Assembly (NCBI RefSeq): GCF_963921235.1 | Contig: NC_086123.1 | Span: 9,238,001 to 9,302,000 of the forward strand | DNA from: Mobula hypostoma | Taxonomy: Eukaryota | DNA length: 64,000 nt | Direction of reading: 5' to 3' | Shown here: positions 24,880-38,640 of the stretch, one piece after another | Layout of the letters: each line of letters begins with the position of its first letter | Numbering within the stretch: position 1 is the first letter of the stretch | The notes under the pieces: model-generated | What the model was told of the DNA's origin: nothing | Seen by the model: only the letters and a program-made list of their open reading frames with translations | Database searches by the model: none | Program-made: the position numbers and the translations under genes

Positions 24880-25988
24880 ATCTCTATACTGTCTGCTTCA
24901 GCTATTCCTAATTGTAGCAAGATAGCACTTAATCATTCACAAGGACTAACTTAAATTGCTGAAAATTTATCTGTGTAACAAATCCTGACAGTGATTATTA
25001 GATGAAGACAAAACGAGCCTGTTATATGGGAAATGTTTTTTGCTGAATTAATATGATTAAGGCAATTATTGTGTTTCATAAGTTGTACTAAAGCAAAACC
25101 TATATTTCCAACAAATCAATGCAAGATTTTAATTTCATAAGTTCTATAAGAATTATGATCAAGTGGCCAAGCTTTCTTCTACAAAAGGTACAAATATTTG
25201 TTGAAATGTAGTATTTCAAACTACTGCAGTTGGACTGTGTTTCCTCACAATTCCAAGTCTTAAAATCTGTTTCCACACAGATTTTATTTCACTAAACAAG
25301 ACAACATACATGAAGCAGCAAGTTGATAATTCCATTGAAATGGACAAAAATACAAACTGTTCCAATAAATTGAACAAAATTTAGTGTGTCATATTATACT
25401 GCATTGTATTTAGGTGTTTTCATGGAAACAGCAGGAGGCTAAAGGATTGATACAGCTCCATAAATAGTGAAATGGTTATGGGCATAAGGATTATTCAGAG
25501 CGCAATGTTTATTCTGGAGCAGAAATGGATTAACCTGCCCCTGTGGTGTGTGGTAAGCCTGTGGCTTGACTTGCAGCATGAGACAAGTGTATGGAAGTCA
25601 AATGGCAAGAATGAATATTTGGTTAAGTGGATTGTTGAGATTATACAAGGCAGAGACTACAGGAGGAGATCATGGCAATGTTCATGGGTTAAACTGAGCA
25701 AAAAATCTAACAACTGCTTACCATAAAACCTTTAAAGTGCAGATGTGCATTCAAAGCAAACACTTTTCCCAATGTACAAAAATATTCATTTTAAAAAAGT
25801 TTGCTGAAAAAGCTTCAGAGCCTCTTCAGCAAAGACAAATGTAAAATCACATTGAAAATTTGGCATTTTGGTGCAGCAAGATTATAATTGTGAGTGATCA
25901 CATCTCAAAATGTGACAGTTAAAATTTAATTCTGTAAGATATAAAGTGTGTTATAGTCATACCTGTAAAGCTATCGATTAAGACAAAT

Positions 25989-26027
25989 CCACTTCAGTTT
26001 TAGTCCCACTTCAGTTTTAGTCCCACT
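25989..26027. repeat. 17-bp tandem duplication (ccacttcagttttagtc)x2
   Basis: Direct reading. Confidence 0.85.
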
Positions 26028-27074
26028 GACTGGCCATACAAGCAGAAATATTTTTTTTAAAAATCCTTTCCTCTCTTTCCCCCACCACCACCACCACTTC
26101 AATATATTTCAATTCAATTCTACCAGGGGTTAAAACCAGCCTGTGGGCAGGTAAACAGGAATATTAACCGACCAAAATACTGATCCAAAGAGAAAAAGGC
26201 AAGTTAAAACATTAGCCAATTACAAGTTCTAAAATTAACCGATTATGATCAGCAATCCAAACATGAAATGGTCAACCAGATTATAATTTTAAACGAGTTA
26301 CAGAAGAAGCTACAAATGAATTAGCAACAGATTTGTAATTATTTTTCAAGGACTTCAATAGCTGTAATCAGTATTTATAAAATAATGAAATGATTTAACA
26401 AGGATGTACAATATAGTATTTTTCCCCCACTGGCTAAATGAATTAAACCAAAGAACCAAACTTCTTGTGAGGATTCTTTAAATTGCAATGGTAACCACTT
26501 TCCACAGATACTGTACAATTTGGCCTGCTTGAGTGCTTCCAGTACTTGTTTTTATTTAGATTGTCTTGTGACTTAGTCGACTGTTTTGGGTGGGGGGGGG
26601 GGAGGTATTTTGTCGCAACATGGAGGCATACAAATAGAACATTTATTGGACTTCTTTCTCCAGATAATTTTAATTTTCATAGTTAAATAGCAAATCATAT
26701 TCACCAATCTCTATGTACATTGTAATAAATATATTTGATAGGCTGTGTCAGTTCAAAACAGGGTAAGTTCTAACGGTAGACAAAAATATTCTTAAAACAG
26801 ATGCTAGAATCAGGAATTTTAAAAAAACACTGGAGGAACTCTGACTGAAGCAGCATCTGTGGAGGCAAAGGAATTCTTGAACAGCACTCAATTTTTAATT
26901 TAATATAAAGCAATAAATACATAAAAAAGGGTCTTGGCAGTAATATTGTAATATAGTTGTAGAGAATTTTAATAAAGTGCACGTTGATATCTTGGTTTTA
27001 AAAATATACAAGTAAATTGTCTGATATGACAGTTTACTTTTCCTCCCAAATTGTTTACATCTCACAGGTGTAAA

Positions 27075-27237
27075 CTAGAATGTCTTATAAATTAAAAACT
27101 CCTTCATCTTTTTAGGCACTTGTAGGAGCATAACCTGCTGGGTCGACATCACATGGCGCAGAGCAATGCGGCAAATGTGTTGTAGAGTTGGCAAGACCCT
27201 AGGTATTGTCCAGAATTTAACATGGCCATCTCGTGTC
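27075..27237 (-). CDS. WSB2: WD repeat and SOCS box protein 2, last coding exon (SOCS box)
   Basis: TRDGHVKFWTIPRVLPTLQHICRIALR...VPKKMKEFLIYKTF-stop; ttccag acceptor; tail-to-tail with RFC5 as in human. Confidence 0.95.
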
Positions 27238-27324
27238 CTGGAATAGTTGAAAGAAAAGGTGTAGGTCACAAACTAGTTCACGTAAGTACATGAAAACTAA
27301 AGTCTGCAATATTAATTAAATACT

Positions 27325-27596
27325 CTTATTTAGAGATACAGCGCAGAATAGGTCCTTTGAGACACACCATGCAGCAACCCCTGACAACCCCAATTTCACC
27401 CTAAACTAATCACGGAACAATTTACAATGACCATTTAACCAACCCAGTATGTCTTTGGACTGTGGGAGGAAACCTGAGCACCCGGAAAAAACCCACACAT
27501 TCCAAGGGGAGGACGTACAGAAGACGCCGGGATTGAACTCAGTTTCCCCGAGCTGCAATAGCTTGGTGCTAACCGCTACACTGCCTTAGCACCCCA
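27325..27596 (-). mobile_element. V-SINE (HE1-like)
   Basis: tRNA-like head plus V-domain gtgggtttt..ccgggtgctcaggtttcctcccacagtccaaagac. Confidence 0.75.
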
Positions 27597-27736
27597 GATT
27601 CTGTGTCACAGACAACAGTGATCAAATATTGGTAGGAGGCATGTAATCTTCTCAAGTCAGTGCTTCCCAAGATGTGTCAGCTAAATTAAGCACATACACC
27701 AAAATTATATAGAATTAAACCATAAAGCATCCTTAC

Positions 27737-27844
27737 CCTGTAGCCAGTACACCACCATGTGGAGAGAATGTACAACACAACCCATTCACCAAAGGGGCAA
27801 TTGTTACTGGTTTTTGTAAAGCCAAGGACCAAATTCTCAACAAT
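27737..27844 (-). CDS. WSB2: WSB2 exon 8 (108 bp)
   Basis: LLRIWSLALQKPVTIAPLVNGLCCTFSPHGGVLATG; AG/GTAAG boundaries. Confidence 0.94.
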
Positions 27845-28161
27845 CTAAACAAAAATACAAATGTATAATCTTCAATTGTGATTAAAGAATAATTAGCCTT
27901 TTACCCAAGTGCACCAAAAACAAACTAGAGCAATAAAATAAGTAATTTAATAAATCCTCTAGTGTAAAGACAGATTACAAATCTAGCCACATAACCAACA
28001 GAGCATCATTTAAATTACAGGGGAGGAGTGGAACATGTGACTTCTCTGCACACACAGTCAGGATTGGGGAGTATGCAAGGGGGGGACCTGTATTTTCCTA
28101 TCTGAAACACTTCCAAATGTTAACTCCCCCCCCCAAAAAATAAAAGAAATAAGGAACTCAC

Positions 28162-28278
28162 CCGTCATCAGCCACTGAGGTAAGATTTAAACCCTCCTGG
28201 GAAAAGGAGACTGCTCGTACAAAGCCAGTGTTGAAACCACTATCAATATCCATAGCAGTAGCAGTGGGGACACAATGT
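28162..28278 (-). CDS. WSB2: WSB2 exon 7 (117 bp)
   Basis: HCVPTATAMDIDSGFNTGFVRAVSFSQEGLNLTSVADD; AG/GTGAG boundaries, phase consistent. Confidence 0.92.
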
Positions 28279-28819
28279 CTGCAATATAGCAGTTTTACAT
28301 TAATAGTTCAATCTAATTCATAGAGTTGTTTTAAAAGACAACTATTAACTAATACAAACAATTCTCCCCTTCAGATCTGGGGGGGGGGGGGGGTCTTTCT
28401 TTTGCCTTGCCAGAAATTGTTCTCTGATACAAACTGCAAACCACATCTGTAACTCAAGAGCTGGATAGTGACCATAAAATTGATGTGCTGCCTAAAATAA
28501 TTATGAATGGTCAGTTAATTCTGAAGTTAATATTTTCTGTGATAGTTATATTTCAATTCCAACAATTAGTATGTAGTTTGGGTTCCAACTAAACCATAAA
28601 ATTCTGGAGCCGGTTTAGGAGTGATTTTAGTATCACAATAGCATTTTTGACCAATGTCCTAAACTAACATTAGAAATCAGTATAGAAAAACCATATCTAG
28701 GGAAGAGAGTTTTGTTTTATGTAGGCAATTTATTTTTACCTCAGGACCTGGATATCCCTAGGACATTGTCCATGTGCCTGCCATCTTCAGTTGCTTTATC
28801 AGTGAACTAGTCTCCATCA

Positions 28820-29510
28820 GTGATTCATCCTCAGGGATATTCACTGATGACTGCACAATATTCAGTTCCATTCACACCTCATCAGTTAATGAAGTAATCT
28901 GTGTCCAAAAGCAGCAATATCTCAACAATGTTCATGAGTGGGCTGACTCGTAAGTAATATTAGCAGCATGCACATGCCAGGCAATTATCATTTCCCCATG
29001 TTCTTTAACAGTACTGTCACTGCAAAATATCTCACTATAAATATGCTGAGGGGCAGCAATGACCAGATACAAATTGGACTTGCCTTTCTCCCCAAAATAC
29101 TTACAAGTCAGGAGTGATAAACCCCTCCATTTGCCTGGATGAATGCAACTCAACATCCAGCATAGAATGCTAGTTACGTTAGCAAACTACCCATCACCCT
29201 AAACATTCACAATCAGTGCACCTTGTTTGCAGTCTGCCATTTTAAAGATACGATCCAAAAGATTCTTCCAGTGTAAGCTGCCACAATTTCTACCCCCTTG
29301 AAAGAAGAGGTACAATAGCGCATGGGAACTCCATAGCTACCTGCAAGTTCACCTCTTCCAAGTCTCAGTGTGTTAAGATCAATATTTCTTTCATTATTAT
29401 GTCATTATCTGGTAACTTCCAATGTGAACAATTCCACAGCACATTCATCTGCGCCTCATTTCGGATAATTAGGAATAGCCATAAATCATAACCTTGCCAG
29501 TGAAATATTT
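28820..29510 (+). mobile_element. Old L2/CR1-group LINE fragment
   Basis: F.DDCT.F-like RT motif remnant (ttcactgatgactgcacaatattc); highly degenerate. Confidence 0.45.
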
Positions 29511-30046
29511 TTACACCTCATTAGCATTTTATAACCATGTCTACACACCTACTTTCATCTATTATTTCCCATCTTATCATTTCAGCGTTTATCTCAACGG
29601 CTTCTTTTGTCTTGCACCCAACCTATTTAATAAATTCTCTCCATCCAATTAATCTTTCTTTCTTTAGCCCCACATGTATAGTGATACTGCTATTCCTAAT
29701 GAGAGTGGAAATTAATTAGACAATTCCCTAGGAACTGCATTGCTGCAAATGTCCAGGAATGATTTTGTAATTAACCTCTTACTGCGATTTCATTTAAGGA
29801 ATCACCCTGCTTCTATCAGGAATCCCTACCATAGATTTTGTCATAAGTTTTTTTTAAAAAGGAGGCTTAAGTATTTGCTTTCTTTTGACCTAATACATTA
29901 ACAGCTACTTTTTCAACAGATGCAGCTATGCTAATTCCAGCATTTTATTATTTCCCTCTGCAGCGTACATATTATTTCTTCTTGCATAAAAGTCTTGCTG
30001 GAAATCTTGTACTGCCCATCATCTGTGACACAGTGCTGTTAGCCAT

Positions 30047-32330
30047 TCACAAGACCGCAAGATATAGGAGCAGAATTAGGCATAGAGTCTGTTCTGCCAT
30101 TTCATCATGACTGATCCAATTTTCCTCTCGGCCCCAATCTTGTGCCTTCTCCCTGTATCCCCGCCCCCCCCCCCCACACACACACACACACCATATCCTG
30201 ACCTGACACACACACACACACACACACCATATCCTGACCTGACCAGTCAAGAATCTTATCAACCTCTGCCTTATATATGTATAAAGACGTGGCCTCCACA
30301 GCAGCCTATGGCAAAGAATTCCATAGATACACCACTCTCTGACTAAAGAAATTCCTCATCTCCGTTCTAAAGGACACCCCTCTATTCTGAGGCTGTCCCC
30401 TCTGGTCTTAGACTCTCCCCACCATAAGAAACATTGTCTCCTAATCCACTCTATCAAGGTCTTTCACCATTTAATAGGTTTCAATGAGGTCACCGCTCAT
30501 TCTTCTGAATTCCAGTGAGTAGAGGCCCAGAGCCATCAAACACAGTTAATATGGCAAGCCATTCAATCCTAGAATCATTTTTGTGAACCTTTGAATCCTC
30601 TTCAGTTTCAGTACATCCTTTTGAAGATAAGGAGTCAAAACTACTCATATTACACCATGTGAGGGCTCACCAGTACTTGATAAAGTCTCAACATTACATC
30701 CTTGCTTTTATATTCTAGTCCTCTGAAAATGAATGCTAACATTGCATTTGCCTTCCTCACCACAGGCTCAAACTGCAAATTAACCTTTAGGGAATCCTAC
30801 ATAAGGACTCGCAAGTCCCTTTGTGCCTCAGCTTTTTGTATTTTCTCTCCATTTAGGGAAATAATCAACCCTTTCACGTCTTCTACCATGTGCATGATCG
30901 TACACTTCCCTTTACAGCATTCCATCTGCTACTTCTTTGCCTATTCTCCCAACCTGTCCAAGCCCATCTGTAGCCTCTACTTCCTCAAAATTACCAGCCC
31001 CTTCACCTATCTTCAGATTGTCTGCAAACTTTGCAACAAAGCCAGTTCCATTATCCAAATCATTGACATATAACATAATAATAAAAATTAAAAACAAAAA
31101 TTGGTCCCAACACATCAATAGTCACCAGCAGTCAACCAGAAAAGGTTTCCTGTATTCCCATTCTACCTCCTGCTAATCAGCCTTTGCTTTATCCATGCTG
31201 GAATCATTCCTGTAATAACATGGGCTCATAGCTTGTTTAGCAGCCTTACATGTGGCACCTTGTCAAAGGGCGTATGAAAATGCAAGTACACAACATGAAC
31301 CAATTCTCCTTTGTCTGTCCTGTTTGTTATTTCTTCAAAGAATTTTAACAGATTTGTCAGGTAAGATTTTCCCTTAAGGAAGCCATACTGACTATAGCCT
31401 ATTATCGTGCCTCCAGGTACCCCCAAAACCACATCCTTAACAATTGACTTTAATATCTTTCCAACCTCTAAGGTCAGACTAACTGGCCTATAGTTTCCTT
31501 TCTTCTGCCTATCTCATTTCTTGAAGAGTGGAGTGACATTTGCAATTTTCCTGTCTTCCAGAACCATTTCAGAATGTAGTGATTCTTGAAGGATCATTAC
31601 TAATGTCTGCACATTCTCTTCAGCCACCCTGAGGTGTACACCATCTGGTTCAGGTGACATAGCTACCTTCAGACTTTTCAGTTTCCCCAAGAACTTTCTC
31701 TCTAGTCATGGTAACTTTACACACTTCATGCCCAACACGTGGAACTCCACCATATTGCTAGTGTCTTCCACAGTGAAGACTGAAGCAAAATAATTAATTC
31801 AGTTCATCCATTTCATTATCCATCCCCATCACTGCCTCTCCAGCTTCATTTTCCAGCAGTCTGATATCCACTCTTGCCCCTCTTTTACACTACGTGTCTG
31901 AAGAATCTTTTGGTGTCCTCTAATATTATTGGCTCACTTACTTTTGTATTCCATCTTCACCTTCTTCAGACTTTTCAGTTGTCTTCTGTTTTTTTAAAAT
32001 ATAAAAAGGGTTCTCAATCCTCTAACTTCCCACCACACTGTTGTGTCATATTTCCTTTAGAATACTTATTCCTCTTTTGGATGTATTTATCCTATGCCTT
32101 CTGAATTGCTTCCAGAAATTCCAGCCACTGCAGCTCTGCTGTCATCCTTGCCAATGTTCTGTTCTAATCAAATCTGGCCAACTCCTCTCATGACTTTGTA
32201 ATTCCCTTTACTCCACTGTAATACTGATCCATCTGACTTTAGCTTCTCCTTCTCAAATTCCAGGGTGAATTCAATCATATTATAATCACTTCCCTCTAAG
32301 GGTCCTTTTACATTAAGCTTGCTGATCAAA
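30047..32330 (-). mobile_element. CR1-type LINE, degenerate
   Basis: QYGFLKGKSYLTNLLKFFEEIT, PFDKVPH, VAKFADNLKIG motifs. Confidence 0.85.
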
Positions 32331-33447
32331 TACACATTCACTCAGCACTTCCTATGGCTTTTTGTGTGTTCTTTGTCATCATTAACCTGTTTCATTTAAA
32401 AGTAATTTGTAGAAAATTTGTAATAGAAGGCAACCATTGTAGTCCAGAGTGTTATAATGCACACAGAGACAGGCCCAACTAGTCCATGCCTATTAAGTTG
32501 TCTACTTGAGCTGGTCACATTTGCCTGCACTTGGCCAACGTCTATCTAAACTTCCTATCCTACCCATGCATCTGTCTAAATGTGCTTTAAATGTTGTAAC
32601 TGTGCCTACTTCTTAAGTATCCTCTGCAGCTCCTTCCATATACCCACTACCCTTTGTATGGAAAAACTTAACCCCCTGAGAGGAAATCTTTTACCCCTCA
32701 GTTTAATCCTAGGCCCTCTAGTTTTAGACTCCTCTGCCCTGGGAAATGTAGGTCACTAACTTGAAATGGTTGCTATCCCTAAACAGGCTATGTGATACCC
32801 AGAGTATTTCAAATTCATTTAGTGTAAGATAGTAAAAAATTATTCATTTTTTCTGGACCTGGCAATTTCTGATAAGGACAACATTAACTACCCATCCTTA
32901 AAGGCCCTCAAAAAGTAGTACTTAGCTGCCTTCTTGAACCACAGTAGTTGTGATGAAGGCTCTCCCAAAATGCTGTTTGGTAGGAAACTCCAGGATACAG
33001 ACTTCATGACCAATGATACAATTCCAAATCTAGGTGGTGTGCAGTTTAGAGGGGATCTTGCAATTGGTAGCTAGTGTGTCTTCTGCCCTCCTTTGTGGTA
33101 GAGTACATGGGTTTAGAAGGTTCTACTGGAGCAGCCTAGATATGTAAATGAAATGCATCTGGTAGATGAAACATACTACAGTCACTGTTGCGAGAATAGG
33201 AGGGAATTATGTTTTAAGAGGTAGATGGTGCATCAATCAAGAGAGTTGTTTTGACCTGGATGGTGTCAAGCTTCCCAACAGTTGTTGGAGCTGAACATTG
33301 GAAAGAAGAATTTTATCAAGCCCTGAGGAGCACCTGTGATGATGTCCTAAGGCTGGCATGATAGACCGACAAATACAACTATCTCTTGTGCAAGTATGAA
33401 GAACAGAAGAGATTTGGCAATAAATGTTCACACAGATCCTCCTCTAC

Positions 33448-33620
33448 CTCAGTTTCATCAAGCTTTCTCCAGTGTGCGCATCCCACACGATTACATGTGT
33501 GTCATACGATGCAGTCGCTAATAATGCTCCATCAGGGGAAAATTCACATGAAACGACATCGCCGCTGTGTCCTTCTAATTTCCGAATCATCGTATATGAA
33601 GTTGTGTTCCACAGCAAAAC
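33448..33620 (-). CDS. WSB2: WSB2 exon 6 (173 bp)
   Basis: VLLWNTTSYTMIRKLEGHSGDVVSCEFSPDGALLATASYDTHVIVWDAHTGESLMKL, WD40 repeat. Confidence 0.95.
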
Positions 33621-33724
33621 CTGCAATTGAACAATACCCTATTTATTACAACTGCCACGCCTAATGTAGAAAATGTACAGAGTTAGTAGCCAACACACAA
33701 TACCAGGCTTTATGTTAATGTGAA

Positions 33725-34105
33725 CCAAAGACACTCTGCAAATGCTTCAAATCTTAACACATACAAAATGATGGAAGAACTCAGCAGGTCACGCAACATC
33801 GAGGGAGGTGAATAAACAGTTAATGTTTCAAGTTGAGGTCCTTCATTGGGACTGGAAAGGAAGGGAGCAAAAGCCAGATTATGAGAGGGTGGGGGGTGCA
33901 AGTAACAACAAACGATTGGTGAAATCAGGTGAGGAGCAAGTTGAGGAAGGGGATGAAGGAAGATGGAAGGGGTTCGGTGGAAAAGCTAAAGGGATGAAGA
34001 AAGAGGAATCTAATAGATGAAGGGTCTCAGCCCAAAACATCGACTGTTTATTCCTCTCCATAGACATTGTCTGATTGCTGAGTTCCTCCAGCATTGTGTG
34101 TGTGC
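33725..34105. mobile_element. Fold-back Penelope-end insertion
   Basis: Element end on - (33730-33860) and again on + (34017-34105); candidate TSD tgttaat. Confidence 0.65.
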
Positions 34106-34419
34106 TGTTAATAAAGTATTTAGGATTTTCCAACTCTTTATAATATACTGCTAACTTGAGGACCTCCTCACCACCTTTGTCAAAGCTGAAAAAATCTTGC
34201 TTGTGAATATAACTATTCATGGCACCTTTTTTTCCAGTATTGGTATGTCTTGACACTGGAAAAAGTGTCAACTTTGCCTCCTCTTAAATGTGCTAACTGT
34301 TGTACTGTAAAGCACATTCAAATTTGACTTTTGGAGCCAAGACACTGTGATAGGTTTCATGTCAGTTTCCAAGTTGCTTTCTAATTACAAGTACGTCCAA
34401 AGCTTGTAGCACTGAATAC

Positions 34420-35767
34420 ACAAGACCATAAGATATAGGAACAGAAGTAAGCCATTCGGTCCATCAAGTCTGCTCCATCATTCAATAATGGGCTGACTCA
34501 ATTCTTCCAGTCATCCTCACTCCCCTGCTTTCACCCCATATCCTTTGATGCCCTGCATAATCAAGAACCTACCTCTGCCTTAAATACACCCAATGACTTG
34601 GCCTCCACAGCCGCTTGTGGCAACAAATTCCACAGACTTACCACCCTCTGACTAAAGTAATTTCTCTGCATCTCAGTTCTAAAAGAACGTCCTTCAATCC
34701 TGAAGTCGTGCCCTCTTGTCCTAGAATCCCCTATCATGGGAAATAACTTTGCCATATCTAATCTGTTGAGGCCTTTTAACATTCACAATGTTTCTATGAG
34801 ATCCCCCCTCATGCTCCTGAACTCCAGGGAATACAGCCCAAGAGCTGCCAGACGTTCCTCATATGGTAACCCTTTCATTCCTGGAATTATTCTCGTGAAT
34901 CTTCTCTGAACCCTCTCCAGTATCAGTATATCCTTCCTAAAATAAGGAGCCCAAAACTGCACATAATACTCTAAGTGCGGTCTCACGAATGCCTTAGAGA
35001 GCTTCAACATCACATCCCTGCTCTTATATTCTATACCCCTACAAATGAATGCCAATATTGCATTCACCTTCTTCACAACTGACTCAACCTGGAGGTTAAC
35101 CTTTAGGGTATCTTGCACAAGGACTCCCAAGTCCCTTTGCATTTCTGCATTTTGAATTCTCTCCCCATCTAAATAATAGTCTGCCCATTTATTTCTTCCA
35201 CCAAAGTGCATGACCATACACTTTCCAATATTGTATTTCATTTGCCACTTCTTTGCCCATTCCCCTAAACTAAGTCTCTCTGCAGGCTCTGTTTCCTCAA
35301 CACTACCTGCTCCTCCACCCATCTTTGTATCATTGGCAAATTTAGCCACAAGTCCATTAATACTGTGGTCCAAATCATTGACATACATTGTAAAAAGCAG
35401 CGGTCCCAACACCGACCTCTGTGGAACTCCGCTGGTAACCAGCAGACAGCCAGAATAGGATTCCTCTATTCCCACTCTCTTTTGTGTTGACCAGCCAATG
35501 CTCCACCCATGCTAGTAACTTCCCTGTAATTCCATGGACTCTTATCTTGCTAAGCAGCCTCGTGTGCGGCACCTTGTCAAAGGCCTTCTGAAAATCCAAG
35601 TACACATCTACTGCATCTCCTTTGTCTACCCTGCTTGTAATTTCCTCAAAAAATTGCAGTAGGTTTGTCAGGTAGGATTTTCCTTTCAGGAAACCATGCT
35701 GGTTTTGGCCTATCTTGTCATGTGCCTCCAGGTACTCCGTAATCTCATTCCTAACCATCGATTCCAA
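34420..35767 (-). mobile_element. CR1-type LINE, relatively young RT fragment
   Basis: ORFs 35375-35827 and 34783-35475: QHGFLKGKS, DFQKAFDKVPH, GVPQ.SVLGPLLF, KFANDTK. Confidence 0.92.
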
Positions 35768-36496
35768 AAGCAGAGTGAAGGATGCCCATGGCGTTTCAGA
35801 GAAATCATCAAGAGGAGGTGATTCCAAGTAGAACTAAAAGCCTAGTCAAACAGGCAAACAGCAGGCCGAGGAGAGTTTCAAAAAGATACACAGAATAACA
35901 GTGTAAACTAGTTCTTGACAGCACACTGTATAAAGGCACAGGTTAAAGTGAACTCAGGTAAACATGACTATCTGTTCTGATATCAAATCCACAATCTGAT
36001 TAGTTTGTACCAATTTATGGGAGGCTGCCATTCACTTCTTACCAATTCTGAATGATTGTCTGCAAGCCAGAGACATCTTGGCCATTAGGTAGGCCAGGAA
36101 AAGAGTAATGTAAAGACAGACAAAGAATGAACAGATAAGAAATGGAAATTAAGAAATGGATACCTAAATTATTGAGTATACCCCTGAACTCCCAGAAGAC
36201 TGATTATGGCAAACTTTAGGCTCAGATGTTGTTTTAATTAACAAAGGCAGAAACAAAAGAATCCATTGGTCACAGGAAGACATGATCACATTGTTCTTGG
36301 TTGAACAATTACAATGGCAGATTTGACTTATACTTGTAATTCTGCCTTAATGATGAGTAAATATTAAAGAACCATAATAAAACTATTTTAACACAAATAT
36401 GCAAATTTTAGCTTCAAGCCAAACCAAATATGTAAAATTATCAGTCTCAAAGCCTTATATTAGCTGACCTTTACCATTTAAAAATTGGAAACTTAC

Positions 36497-36597
36497 AGTC
36501 TTTCCTCCTCCCACAGAACATAGTTTACTCGAGTCAGGGGAAACTGCACAACAATAGACCCACTGTCTGTGGCCATCTAATACATGTAGTACTTTAC
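36497..36597 (-). CDS. WSB2: WSB2 exon 5 (101 bp)
   Basis: GKVLHVLDGHRQWVYCCAVSPDSSKLCSVGGGKT; cag|...|gtaagt. Confidence 0.95.
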
Positions 36598-37269
36598 CTG
36601 CGGTAGAAGAGAAAAGGAAGTTTGTCATACTAAAATAATACTCACGTTTGTATTTTACATTCATGAGTGAGGTTAAATATTTCTGGGAGTGGCAGAGTCA
36701 AAAGGGAAACACCCAACTTGAAAGCCATTTCCTGTCATGGAGATTCCATGAATTCCAATTGACAGATAACATCACAGATCAACTTCATCTCTAATTTCAT
36801 AAATAATAGAAGTAGGTCCCCAAGTTTCCGGCCTAAATGACTCAAATCATTTTTGGAATGCTTATAAAATTCCCCAGCTGACCAAAGTATTAACTCTTTC
36901 TGGAATGATAATTCAATGCAAAAAAAAAAACCAAGGATAATTGTATGTTACCCGAATTACTAGCCTTACAGTATAATACCTAAAATGGTGGGCAAATTCT
37001 GTTTAAAATAGAGTAAATTAATTAGATTACAAAGGATATTTTAAATTTGCATCCACCATTCCCTCCCCTTCCTCTGTCCCACTTGCTGCTTATATTACAA
37101 ATGATCCAGCCCCCAAGAGCTGTCCAATGGTTGACCCCAAGATAAATTCTATCTTGATTTCCAGTTCTCCTCTGTTAAACTTTTCTTTCTTAACTTGGAC
37201 TTACATCTGATAATTAAAGGATGAATCTATTGTACCAGCACATTAGATGGTTATTAAATTGATGCAAAG

Positions 37270-37450
37270 GATGCATCAGCAGCATTGCAGCTGCTGTTAC
37301 AGAGTTCCGATCCTGACCTAGGGCGCCAAATGTGGAGCTTGCCAATTCTCTCTGTGATGGCATGGGTTTTCTACTTGTGCTCAGTACTCCTTCCACATCC
37401 AAAGATGTGCTGGTACTTTGATGGGCAGCTGTAAATTGCCTTTTAGAGCA
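37270..37450 (+). mobile_element. Degenerate V-SINE
   Basis: tgggttttctacttgtgctcagtactccttccacatccaaagatgtgc resembles the V-domain. Confidence 0.5.
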
Positions 37451-37724
37451 GGTGGCTGGTAGGTTGCAAGCCACATGAGAGAGAGCAGGTTATGACATGA
37501 TAAATGAGGGAACAGGGGACTGGAATGTTTCCTATGGATTTGGCTACCCTGTTATAGAAAAGACTCCGTTAAGCTGGAAAGAGTACAAAGAAATTTTATG
37601 AATAATGTTGCCAGGAGTTGAGGGTCTAGGTTAGAGGGAGAGGTTGGATAGACTAGGTCTTTATTCTTTCAAGTGCAGGAGACCAAGGGGTAACCTTATA
37701 GAGGTGTACAAAATCTTCTTGTAT

Positions 37725-38640
37725 AGTTCTGGATCACTGGTCACGAATGCCACAGATATAGCCCTCAGCAGACTATGAATCTCCTAGCTCATCCGTAGCT
37801 TTTGGTTTGGGCACATCTGGTATATTTTTGAAGGTACACACTCATCCACACAGATTTTGATGAAGTCAGTGACAACTGTGGCATATTCATTCAGATTTGA
37901 AGATGAGTGCCCGAATATTGTCCAGTCCACCAACTCAATGCAGGCCTGTAAGCGCTCCTCTGGCTCCCTCAACCGTATCTTCATGGTCCTCACTACTGGT
38001 GCTGCAGCCTTTAGTCTCTGTCTATATGGTGGGAGTAGAAATACCGCCAGGTGATTGGGCTTTCCAAAGTGTGATCATGGGATAGCACGGTAAGCATTCT
38101 CGATGGTGATATAACAGCGGTCAAGTGTTTTGGCTCCTCTGGTTCCACTGGCGACATGTTGATGGTAATTGTTCAGAGACTTCAAGCTGGCCTGGTTGAA
38201 GTCCCCTGCAATATTAGAGGAGGCATCAGAGTACGCTGCATTGTGCCTGTGATGGCAGAGGTCTCCCTCGGCAAATAAAGAGGATGACATTTGACCTCTA
38301 GATGTTCCAGGTTGTGAGACAGAACCATCATGTCTGTACATCACAACGAGTTAATCAAAAAGAGTGCTGCGTCCACAAAGTTGGGGGACAACCATGTTTC
38401 CGTGAAGTAAAGTACACAGCAGCCCCTGATGTCCCTCTGGTACAGCAATCTTGCTCTGAGGTCTTCAATTTTATTTTCCCCCGAGACTGTACATTCACCA
38501 GCAGGCTAGTCAGGATTGTGGGTCTAAGGCTTCAGTGTTTCAATCGTACCCGCAAACCAGCGCGCCATCCCCACTTCTGTTTTCTTAAAGGAAACTGCAC
38601 TCACAACCAGAGTCTGCAGTCCAGGATCTGTCAATTTTGA
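37725..38640 (-). mobile_element. Rex1/Babar-like LINE endonuclease-region fragment
   Basis: IAGDFNQASLK...TRGAKTLDRCY (APE) and LNEYATVVTDFIKICVDECVP motifs. Confidence 0.7.

Noticed and set aside
30170-30245. Repeat-spacer-like pattern (CRISPR-like)
   Set aside because: Just a local duplication with CA microsatellites inside a CR1 tail; eukaryotic DNA.
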